From: Desulfatiglandales bacterium
GTDB lineage: Bacteria; Desulfobacterota; DSM-4660; Desulfatiglandales; Desulfatiglandaceae
Direction of reading: 5' to 3'
Assembly (NCBI GenBank): GCA_963662465.1
Contig: OY759599.1
Location: 5,664,001-5,728,000 of the forward strand
Length of the DNA: 64,000 nucleotides
How positions within the stretch are numbered: the first letter of the stretch is position 1; each line of letters begins with the position of its first letter. Below the pieces are notes generated by a model. That model was not told the origin of the DNA. It was given only the letters and a program-made list of their open reading frames with translations, and searched no databases. The position numbers and the translations under genes are program-made. Shown one piece after another: positions 47,437-57,400 of this stretch.

Positions 47437-50400
47437 ATGTTTCATCGAATCCTCAAATGGGTATTGTGGCTGACGGGCCTGCTGCTCACGATGCTGATCC
47501 TCGTGGCGGCAGGACTCTTTTTTACGCCGAACATGGTTTCCACGGACTGGTTTCGCCACCAGTTTGAAACCCGGGCCTCCAATGCACTTAAGCGGCAGGT
47601 CACCGTCAAGGAACTTCAATGGACCTGGAAAGAGGGGATCAAGATAGAAGGGCTTGAAGCGATCGATGCCCCCGAATATGCCCAAGCGCCCATCCTGTCC
47701 ATTGACTATATCCTTTTTTCATTTGATTTCCAACCGACCCGCAAACGCCTGTTCATCGATCTGGAAGTGGATGGCCTGAGGGCACATCTCATTCGAGAAA
47801 AAGACGGTCGCACCAACCTGGCGGCATGGCTGTCCCAGCTTAAACAGCCTCGGGAAACCACGGAACCCGCCCACAACGAACCAAGTAAAAAGAAGCCAAC
47901 CCCCTTTATCCTGCCCGGAGATCTTGAAGCGAAAGTCCAATTGAGCCATGCCCATATCCGGGTGGATGATCGGATGGAAAACCGGTCCCTCCATATTCAG
48001 GATGGGACGTTCAAGCTGGAAATCCCTTCGCTCCTTTCAAAACCCGTGACCCTTGTCCTCAGTTCCCGGCAGGAGATAGATGGAAAGATACTGCCGCCCC
48101 TGGCATTGACCGTTCATGTGAATCAACTGGTGAATGAAACCCATACCCTAAATCCGCAAACCGCCATAATTCAAGTCAACGGTGAATTTCCAGGGCTCAA
48201 GGTGGCCGTAAAAGGTTCACTGGCGCAAAGAGGCCTGGAAGGCAAGGTGGCGATTGATTTCATTCCCCTGGTAAAAACGGTACAGGCCTTTTTGCCGAAT
48301 ATCATTCCTCAACTTTCCGGCCGGGTTTTGCTTCAGGCAAAGGCCCGGTCTGAAAAGGAGAATGCCATCGCTTTTGACATGGTTCTTTCCGGCGAGGACA
48401 TCCTGGCCGCAGGCGGACCATTGAAAGAGAAACAGGTGGGCCCCCTTTCCTTCAATATCAGCCAGAAGGGAAGCGCCGACCTCGATGATAAAGCAGTAAC
48501 CCTTGCCGGCGGTGAAATCCGGTTCATGGAACACTGCGGTCTATTTTGGGAAGGCCGCATAAAAATGGAGGAGAAAGCAGGCGCGGATGTGAACCTGACC
48601 CTGCGCAGGGTGAATTTCGATTTAAATGAAATTCAACGCCTGGCCAAAAGGTTCATCCCCAAAGACATTCATGTGACGGGGTTAAACAATGCAGGTCGCC
48701 CCGATTTTGCTATCAATGAAATTCACCTGGTCGGCATGCTGCCTAAAGGAGAGGCACGGTTGTCCATAAAAGATCTGGACGTGAACATCTCAAGTCTGGA
48801 TCTGGCGCTTTCGGAAAGAACGCTGAAAGTCAAGGATTTGACGCTTCAAATTCCGGAAACGACGGTTCAACTAAAAAAACTGTTTCCCCAGGTACTGGAA
48901 ATGCGCGCTGAACTGGGCGTAAAAAAGGTTGGCCTATCGGGAAAACAATCCTTTTTCCTCGAAGATGGCTTGACCCTGAAAGGGCATATGAAAGAGGTAC
49001 GGCTCAACCAGCGCAATCCTCTCATGCTGGATGTGGGGGGGCTGGAAGCGGACATTCAATCGGGAGACCTTCTAACGCTTCACCTGATGGGCGCGGCTGT
49101 GGATTCCGGCATAAAAGAATTTCAAATGGAGGGGCGCCTTGGGGTAGATCTCAAGCAAGTCATGGATCTGACTCCCGCCGCCTTGAAGCCGAAAGGGGAC
49201 TTCACCGGCCGCGTGGAAACGGAATGGCGCCTTCAAGGTCGACGGCCGGACGCAACAGAACTGGCAGGATTAACCGACAACGGACTCCCCCTTGAAAAAC
49301 GGCTGCAACAGATGGCCTTTCTGGAAAAACTGAATCTCAAAACACAGTTTATCAATATGGGGATAACACTCCCCCTGAAATCCGGAGAAACCCTGTCGGT
49401 CCTGAGTATCCACTCCCCAAGCCCTTTTGAGATCAGTCTCCTTGACGGCATGAAATCGGTCTTATTTGAGGGAAAAATCAACCTTGATAAAATCCAGGCC
49501 CTTCCCGCCCTGGGGAAGCTGAAGCCCCCCCAGTCCGCCGTTTTCTCAGTAAAAGGGGTGGGGCGGGATCTCAACTCCCTGGAGTTGTGGGAAACCTTTA
49601 CCGTGACCCCCCTGGCCATGGAACAGACCCTTGAACTGTCTCTGAACAAACTGAATCGCCTGCTGAGAAAAAAAGAGAAACCGGACCTTACCGCCATTTT
49701 AAAGCTTATGGAAGCGAAAATCCAAGCCGGCGTATCGATCAACTCTGGTCCCGGATTGGCCCCCTTCAGCAAAGGGCTCACCCTTAAAGGGCCTCTAAAG
49801 GGGCGTCTGGAACTGGAATTACGAGGTGGAAAAACAATTTCGGCCCAAACCTTCCTTGAAAGTGAAGGTCTGAACGTAACACTGGGGCCGAAGTTTACCC
49901 TCAACAATTTAAAAACCCATCTTCAACTGGAGAAAACTTACGACCTGGCCTTTGGACCCCCGATCGTTTCACGGGAAAACACAAAAGCCCTCTCCCGAAC
50001 GGTGCTTCAGCCCGGAATCACGTCAAGGCCTGACCTTGGATTCAACAATTCCCTTTCCCAACGGTTGGTGGAGGACCTTCGAGGTCGACTGTCCCGAAAA
50101 CCCTCCCTGTCCTTTGATTCCGCATGGCTTGCATCGGGGCCCTTTCCCATGGAAATCAACAATGCCCAACTGCAGATGCGGCTAAACCCATCCCTCCCTT
50201 CCGTGGACTATTTTCAGATGGATATCATGGGGGGAACCCTGTTGGGGGAACTGGGGATTTATGAGCGCAATGATCTTTATTTCCTCCACATGGACGGGGC
50301 TTTTTCCGGTCTGGATGTAGAGACAAGGCATGTGGAGACAAGGCATGCCTTGTCTCTACGGGGGCGGGATTCCGAGGACCTCCCGAATCAAAAGGCGGGG

Positions 50401-50853
50401 GGTGAAGACACCCGAATTTCGGGCCAGCTGTCCCTGGAAATGCCCATGGACCCCAATACCCGGACCGTGATGAACAACGTGGACGCGGTGTTTCGCCTCA
50501 CCCACATAGGACCCCGAACCCTGGAACGGCTCCTTTATGCCATGGACCCCCATGAAAACAACGAAAGCATTGTAAAACAACGGGCCCTGCTGAGAAAGGG
50601 GACGCCCCGGTGGATCGAGGTGGCCATTCGGCATGGGAATCTGTCGCTGACCGGAGATGTGACGGTGGGCGGTTCAACGATACATCTGCCCCCCATCAAA
50701 CGGTTGAACGTGACGGCCCTTCCCATTCAAAAACGAATTCAAAACCTGGCCAATACCATGGTTCCCCTGGTAAAGGGCCTGAAAATCCTTTCCGCGGACA
50801 CGCTTCGGGTGGATCAGGGCGGCGGCATAGATTTTACGGAGGCATCTCAATGA
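47437..50853 (+). CDS. Large AsmA-like (YdbH/TamB-type) beta-rich envelope protein
   Basis: N-terminal TM anchor, AsmA-like start (ASNALKRQV.V..L.W, LIREKDGRTNL), ~1100 aa of alternating beta-strand pattern. Confidence 0.7.
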   Translation: MFHRILKWVLWLTGLLLTMLILVAAGLFFTPNMVSTDWFRHQFETRASNALKRQVTVKELQWTWKEGIKIEGLEAIDAPEYAQAPILSIDYILFSFDFQPTRKRLFIDLEVDGLRAHLIREKDGRTNLAAWLSQLKQPRETTEPAHNEPSKKKPTPFILPGDLEAKVQLSHAHIRVDDRMENRSLHIQDGTFKLEIPSLLSKPVTLVLSSRQEIDGKILPPLALTVHVNQLVNETHTLNPQTAIIQVNGEFPGLKVAVKGSLAQRGLEGKVAIDFIPLVKTVQAFLPNIIPQLSGRVLLQAKARSEKENAIAFDMVLSGEDILAAGGPLKEKQVGPLSFNISQKGSADLDDKAVTLAGGEIRFMEHCGLFWEGRIKMEEKAGADVNLTLRRVNFDLNEIQRLAKRFIPKDIHVTGLNNAGRPDFAINEIHLVGMLPKGEARLSIKDLDVNISSLDLALSERTLKVKDLTLQIPETTVQLKKLFPQVLEMRAELGVKKVGLSGKQSFFLEDGLTLKGHMKEVRLNQRNPLMLDVGGLEADIQSGDLLTLHLMGAAVDSGIKEFQMEGRLGVDLKQVMDLTPAALKPKGDFTGRVETEWRLQGRRPDATELAGLTDNGLPLEKRLQQMAFLEKLNLKTQFINMGITLPLKSGETLSVLSIHSPSPFEISLLDGMKSVLFEGKINLDKIQALPALGKLKPPQSAVFSVKGVGRDLNSLELWETFTVTPLAMEQTLELSLNKLNRLLRKKEKPDLTAILKLMEAKIQAGVSINSGPGLAPFSKGLTLKGPLKGRLELELRGGKTISAQTFLESEGLNVTLGPKFTLNNLKTHLQLEKTYDLAFGPPIVSRENTKALSRTVLQPGITSRPDLGFNNSLSQRLVEDLRGRLSRKPSLSFDSAWLASGPFPMEINNAQLQMRLNPSLPSVDYFQMDIMGGTLLGELGIYERNDLYFLHMDGAFSGLDVETRHVETRHALSLRGRDSEDLPNQKAGGEDTRISGQLSLEMPMDPNTRTVMNNVDAVFRLTHIGPRTLERLLYAMDPHENNESIVKQRALLRKGTPRWIEVAIRHGNLSLTGDVTVGGSTIHLPPIKRLNVTALPIQKRIQNLANTMVPLVKGLKILSADTLRVDQGGGIDFTEASQ
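50317..50359. repeat. GTAG palindrome inserted in frame in a CDS
   Basis: GTAGAGACAAGGCAT-GTGGAGACAAGGCAT-GCCTTGTCTCTAC; encodes VETRHVETRHALSL. Confidence 0.9.
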
Positions 50854-51452
50854 AAAAGCGCACATTCTTAAAGGCTCTGTTTCTGATCACAATCCTGTGG
50901 ACCCTGGTCGGCTGTACCCTGGCCAAAGTGGACGTCAATGTGGTCAGCGAGCGAACGGCCCTGGAAAATCAGGTTTTGGGTTCCTACAACGCCCTTTCCG
51001 ATGATGTCCTTCTGGTGGCCTCGGTCAGGGGCGTGGACCCTTCCGGCAAAATCAAAACGCCGCCTCGAAAAAGCCGTGAATATCAAAATGCCGTGGAAGC
51101 CATGGAGACCCTGGCGTTTCATGGGGATGATGTGGACGCCTTTAAGCGCCTGGGGTGGGTGGGGGAAAACAACCTTGGGTTGCTGACCCCCTTTCCCATG
51201 AACAAGGAAAAAGCACCCGATGATCTTCAGGCATTTGCGGCCCGGTATCCCCAGGGGGAGTTCGTCTCGGTGGTGGAGCAGGTGAACCGTGCCCGGGAAG
51301 TGGTCATGATGCGGGTAGTGGAAACCAATGCGGATTTTACCGAAAAAGACCTGCCCCGGATCAAAGGGGTATTTGCCAAACTCAACCGTGAAAATGCGCT
51401 GCCCGGTGAGCGGGTGCAGGAGGAGGACGGGTCGTGGACGATGATGCCTTGA
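50850..51452 (+). CDS. Lipoprotein with DUF1318 (YdbL-like) domain
   Basis: ATGA overlap with the upstream stop; lipobox TLVGC; ERTALENQVLG; FK..G.VGENN.G.L, V.QVN.AR, A.PGE.VQ..DG.W. Confidence 0.8.
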   Translation: MKKRTFLKALFLITILWTLVGCTLAKVDVNVVSERTALENQVLGSYNALSDDVLLVASVRGVDPSGKIKTPPRKSREYQNAVEAMETLAFHGDDVDAFKRLGWVGENNLGLLTPFPMNKEKAPDDLQAFAARYPQGEFVSVVEQVNRAREVVMMRVVETNADFTEKDLPRIKGVFAKLNRENALPGERVQEEDGSWTMMP

Positions 51453-54400
51453 GGGCGGAGGTCAGAGGTCAGAGGCCAGAAACCAGAGGTCAGAGGACAG
51501 AGGTCAGAGATCCGACTTCCGACCTCCGACTTCTGACTTCCGTCATGGTGGTTATGGCGGTTTTGCTTTCGTGTGCGGGACCCAAAACCGTTGGGCCGGT
51601 TGAAAAAACATCGGAGGCGGTTGATTCGGTGGTTTTTGCCCAAAGGGAGAAAGATCGAAAAGCGCCGCTGCGCCTACCCGTGAACCTGCCCGTTCAAGTG
51701 AGCTTCGAGGCGGATCCCGTGCGGTATGGTGCATTGTCGGGAGACGGAAATACCCTGGCCTATGTTCTGGAGAATCAGAGCGGATCATCCCTTTGGATCC
51801 GACCGAGAGATTTCACCCTTGGGACTCTCCCTCAAAAACGGCTTGAGGGCATGGGTAGAATTTCGGCGCCGGCTTTGTCGCGGGACGGTTCAAGCATCGT
51901 TTTTGTGGCCACGGATCATGATGCCAAGGGCGATATCTTTTTGCTTTCAACCCAAGGGGGATCAGACCCCAAACGACTTACCGGAAGAGACACGGCGGAC
52001 GGGGCGCCTACTTTTTCACCGGACGGCAACCGCATCTATTACCACCGGTTGTTAACGGAAGAAATCTTACCCCACCTGGCCTATATGGATTTGAGCGCCG
52101 GCGCCAAAGGCCCTGAAACCCTTCGAGAGGGGGCCTTTCCTTCCATCTCCCCGGATGGTGAGCGTCTGGCCTTTGTGTCCTTTGAAAAGGATTCCGGCGG
52201 CGACATCCAGGTTCTTGACCTGAAAACCGGGAAAGTGACGCCGGTCACCGCCGGTTCTCCGCAGGATCTGTATCCCACCTGGTCCTTGAATGGAAAATGG
52301 ATCTATTTTTCCCGCTTTGACCTGGATACCAATAAAGACAACGCCGTCATTTGGCGGGCTGCCCCTGATGATGCCGGTCTTTGGGCCTACCCCCTCACAT
52401 CGGAAACCTTTTCCGCCTACCAGCCCATGGCCACGTCATCGGAGTTGCTGTTTCTGTCAAACCGGAACGGCACGGCAAATCTCTGGCGGCTCCCTTCGGG
52501 AGGAGAAATTCCCATCGGCGAAGACGCACCAATCCAGATGGAACGGGCCCGAATCCTGGCCGCCCAAATACCTCAAAAGGATGCCCTGGCCCTATTGGCC
52601 TATTATAAGGTGCTGGAAGACTTCAGTCGGGAGATACACTACGGCGGAAAAACCCTTTATGAGATCGGTAAGCTTTACCAGCGCATGGGGCGAGAGAAGC
52701 AGGCGGTTCAAACCTATGAACGACTGATGAAAGATTTCGGAAACGCCTATCCCGAAAAAGCCCTGGCCGCCATTCGGCTGACGGAGATTCAGGCGGAGAA
52801 TGCCTGGAAAGCGGCGCCCACTGATTTTAAGCGAAAACAGATCCTGTTGAATGCTCAAAATCGCATCCAGGCGCTTTTGAAAACCGGAATCCCTTCACCA
52901 TCGGACACTGATGCTCTGGATTCGGCGCGCATCCGGGCAAGGGGGTTGATGGTTCAAGCCCAATTGCTGGAGGAATTGGACCCAAACCCCGATTCCCTTG
53001 GAAACGCCATTGCGCTTCTGGACCAGGTTGCCGGCATGAAGAATGTGGCATCTGATTTGAGGGCGGAAGCCATATTTCAAAAGGCGCGGATCAACAGCCG
53101 TATGGGGCAGGCCCAGGCGGTAATACCCGCCTACCTTTCCATCGTCACAACATACCCCGATACCCCATGGGCCGACGCCGCGGTAGAGCGGATCATCGAC
53201 AATTTCTTGTCGGATTCTTCTGGAAATACGGTGGAAACCCGGATTCAAGCCCTGGCCCGGCTGGCGGAAACCCATCAAGAATCAGTCCCCAAACTGGCCA
53301 TGGGCGCCTTTAACCGCATGGGAGATGAAGCCTTTGCGGCGGGGGACCGGCAGCAAGCCAAACGATGGTACCGGGAAGTCCTGAACCGGTATGCGATGTC
53401 AACCGGCTCTCCCACAAAAGAGAACCTGCCCCCCACACAGGTGGCAGCAGCCCGGCTGGCCCTGGCTGAAATCCTATACCGGGAAGAGCTCTTCCGCCAA
53501 GCCCTGGATCTCTACGAAACGGAAATGGCCCATCGACCCTATGAAGACCGACTCTATACCCTTGCCCGGGCCGCCTATATCCAAAAATCCCTGGCAGCAG
53601 CCGATTTTCTGTTCAATTTGGGCGAAATTCCGGCGGCCCGCAAACGCTATGGGGATCTCATTCGAGAAAATCCTGACCTTGTTCAGGCCCATCGCGGGTA
53701 TATCAAATGCGCGGCCGCCATGAAACAGATCGACCCTTGTCTGGAACGCTACCGGGCGCAGCTGAAAACAGATCCCGAAAATCCAATCCTCCTCTATGCC
53801 GCGGGCCTCTGCCTCACCTACCGGGAAGGGAAAAAAGCCCATGCCGATGCACGTACGCTCATCACAAAAGCCATTTTGAAACAGGGGCAGACCGCTTACT
53901 TCCACCAGACCCTGGGATACCTCTTCGAGGTATCGGAAACGGTTTATGGTGAACCGGGAGGACTTGAAAAAGCCCTTTTGAGCTATCAGAAGGCCTATTT
54001 TTTAAACAACCCCGAACAAGACCCCCAAAACAGCGCCAACCTGGCCCTCAATCTGGGGAACATCCATTTTCTCCTGGGCCAGTATGGCAGAGCCCTGACA
54101 CGGTACCAGGAGCGGCTTGAATCAAAGGCGCCCTTTGATCATGAGGATACGGAAATCCTCTTTTACCGCCGGTTGGGGGGAGCCGCCTTTCAGATGAATG
54201 ACCCGGCCGTATCCATCGACGCCTACACCCGGGCACTCCAGCTCATCGATGACCGCATCGACCCCGGACGTCCGTCGGAACTCATGGGAAAACTAAATAC
54301 GTTCATTTTCGACCGGATACTGACCCCGGCCTTGAAGCGCTCGAAAAATGCCAAAGATATTGAGGCCATGACCCAACGCCAGCGCCGTATCCATAAAGCG

Positions 54401-57400
54401 TTATTCCATGCCACCGGCCAACCCCATAACGCCCCGCCTGATCCGAGATGGGAATCCTACCGGAAAACCATGGAAACCATCATGGCCGAACAGGAAAAAC
54501 TGATCGGGGACATCGCCCCCCTGATCACCGAAAAAAGGGACGAAACCCCGCAAACGCTTTCTTTCATGCTGACTCGGGCCCGAGACGCCCTTCAATTTCC
54601 GAACCGGATGATTGAACTCAAGGCTGAAATACTGGACCGGCTGGGACTGGCCTGCCAGGAGGCGGGCAAATGGGAAGAAGCGACCGACGCCTTTGAAAAG
54701 GCCTTTCAACTGAACCAGGGCCTGGGCCGGTTAAAGAACCTGGCCGCCAACCGGCGATCCGTGGCCTACAATACCTATATGGCGGCAGGGGATCGATCAG
54801 GAAAGGAAAAAGAGCGTTTGCTCAAAGACGCGCTCAAGCAATTTGAAGAGATGCAAGGCCTGTTGGATCAGTACGGGGTGGTGGACCCGAGCGAAAAAAA
54901 GGCGGGGAGTACATCTCGGGCAGGGGATGGGGAGAGTGCGCTGCTGAAGGTTTCCCTGGATCTGGCCCTGGATAAAACCACCGGTTCCGAGGCTGTTTAC
55001 GGGTTCAGCCCCACCCAGGAAAAACGCCTGGCCCAGGCCTTTATTTCCCGTATTGAAACGGAACTGGGCATGCTGGAAAAGGCCCAAACAGCCATTGATG
55101 GACAACTCCTGCCCTATCACCAGGCAAAGACCGTCAGGGATCAGGATCTCTACGGCGTTTCCCTTCTTTCTCATCGGGACGGGCAGCTGCGGTTTGCACT
55201 GCAGGAACCCAAAAAAGCCTTTTCATCTTTTCAGCGTTCCGCACAACTGGCCTTGAAACTCAAGAACCCGGCGAGCGCCGCCATGAACCTGGAGAACATG
55301 GCTTGGGCCATGGGTAGAATCTCCACCCGGGATCCTGATTATCCATCTCTGAGAGCCGGGCTCGCCACTCTTGATCGAGAGACCATCAGGTTGCTGGAAC
55401 GGGCCCAAGGGGTCCTGGACCCATTGACCCTTCCCCACTATCACAACCGGATGGGGGCTTTGGCGCTGAAACCGGTTTCAATAGACGAAGGGTTGTCCCC
55501 TGAAGGAGCGGCCAGGGACATGATGCTTCTTTCGCGGGCCGGCGCCCATTTTACCCTGGGCCTTACCGCATTGAAAAAAACCGAGGGAAAACGGGGAAAA
55601 TCCGACCGAAAGGCACTGGCACTGGCAGCAGCCCTTCAGTTAAACATGGCCCATGTGGCTCTCGATTTTGATGAAAGAGAAACCGCGAAAGCCCACGCAA
55701 AAAGCGCCCTGGAAATTGCCGGAAGGGGCCTGCTCCCCCAATATGAATGGCGCGCGCTGGTCATCCTGGGGGATCTTACCGCGGCGCTGAAATCCCTTTC
55801 ATCGGCGCCACTGGCAGATGCCGGTTGCGCTCCCGGCGAAATCCGGACCGCCTTTGCCCCTATGGTGCTTTCACTGATTCAAAAGGAAAAGGCGGAAGAC
55901 GCGTTGAATTTGCTTGAGCGGTTATCGGAACTGGAGCGGTTTCACCGCATGGCCCCCATGGTGAGTGCCCAGGTTTCACCTTCGGAACAGGCTCGCCTGC
56001 TAGAGATCTTTCCCCGGCTCATGACCCTTTTGCGCCTCAGGGAACAACTGAAAGGGGCTGAAGAGGAGGAAAAACCCCACCTAGCGGAGCGGATCCGGCA
56101 GGAGCGGACCCTTCTGGATGAAGATTCAGGCAAAAAAGAAAATACGGTTAAATTGCCGGCCCTGCTCACCCGATCGGAAACTCTGCGGGAACAATTGGTG
56201 TTGTTGCTGGGTTTGGCCTGTGAAATTGAGCGGGTGGCAACCCTGGCTGTTGTCAATTCTTCTGAAGAGAGTGATAACCCACAAAAGACGCTATACCGGG
56301 AACTGATGACCCTGTACCCTCAAATATGGAAGGAAATTAAGCGGGTTTCGGCAAGGGAAGGCACCCCCGGCGTGGCGGCCCTTTTCGGCCCGGACCCCGT
56401 GGAGGCCATCGATCTCATGGAAAACCTGCCCAAGGGGGGGCATGCCGTACGGCTCTTTGAAAAAGACTCTTCCGGAAAGGGTTGGACGGTCTTTGTGGTA
56501 ACAGAAGATGATATTTCCGTAGAGACAACGACCTTGTCTCTACAGCCCCCCCCATCCACCCTCCTCATTTACGAAGACCCGTGGGTATTGCCTTCCGGAC
56601 AATGCCCCGTGGCCCTCAGCGCCACCCATCTGGTTCGATCGGTGGCAAATCGAAAACCCTTTAAACGCCGGATGGTGGAACTGGCAGGCCCTTACAAACT
56701 CCCTTCGGATTTTGATGTGACCCTGTTGCCCGCATCAGCGGATCAGGAGGCGATTTCAGAAGCCCTGCCCGGGGCACAGGGGCTTTTGCTGGGCGGTCCT
56801 GTTTATACGGCTAACTCGGTTCCCACAAGACCGGGAGAGGTTCCCGTATACCAGCCGGCCATGGGGCTGGACCAAGGCCGAACCCTTCCCCTGCTAACCC
56901 TCTTCGACCGGCTTTCAGATGTTTCCCTGGCCATGCTCCCCCGGGCTGACGCCGAAGAAACCTACATGTTGGGGCACCTCTTTTCCCTGATGGGGGTTCC
57001 CACCCTGCTGCTGCCCCGCAACCCTTCAAACCCTTCTCCGGTGGTACCCCTTTTTTTTGAAGCCTATGGCAAAAATCCGGTCTACAACGCCCTGATGACG
57101 GCCCTCAAAAAAACAGAAGGTCGGAGGACACTCTGGGTTAACCTGGGGTACTGGGGCATGACCGAGGCGGAGGCCCTGATTCTGGCCGAACGTCGGTTCA
57201 AGGAATATGTTCAAAAGGGCATTTCGGCGTTTAAGAAAAAAGAGCCCGTTTATGCCCTGGTTCTTTTTGAAAAAGCGCTGATGGTGGCCCGGCAGGTTCA
57301 AGTGCTTTCGCGCTATGAACCCCAACTTCTGGTGTATGCCCGTGAAAGCGCCTATGCCGGCGGCCGTTACGAAAGTGCGGTTCAACATGCCCGGGATCTA

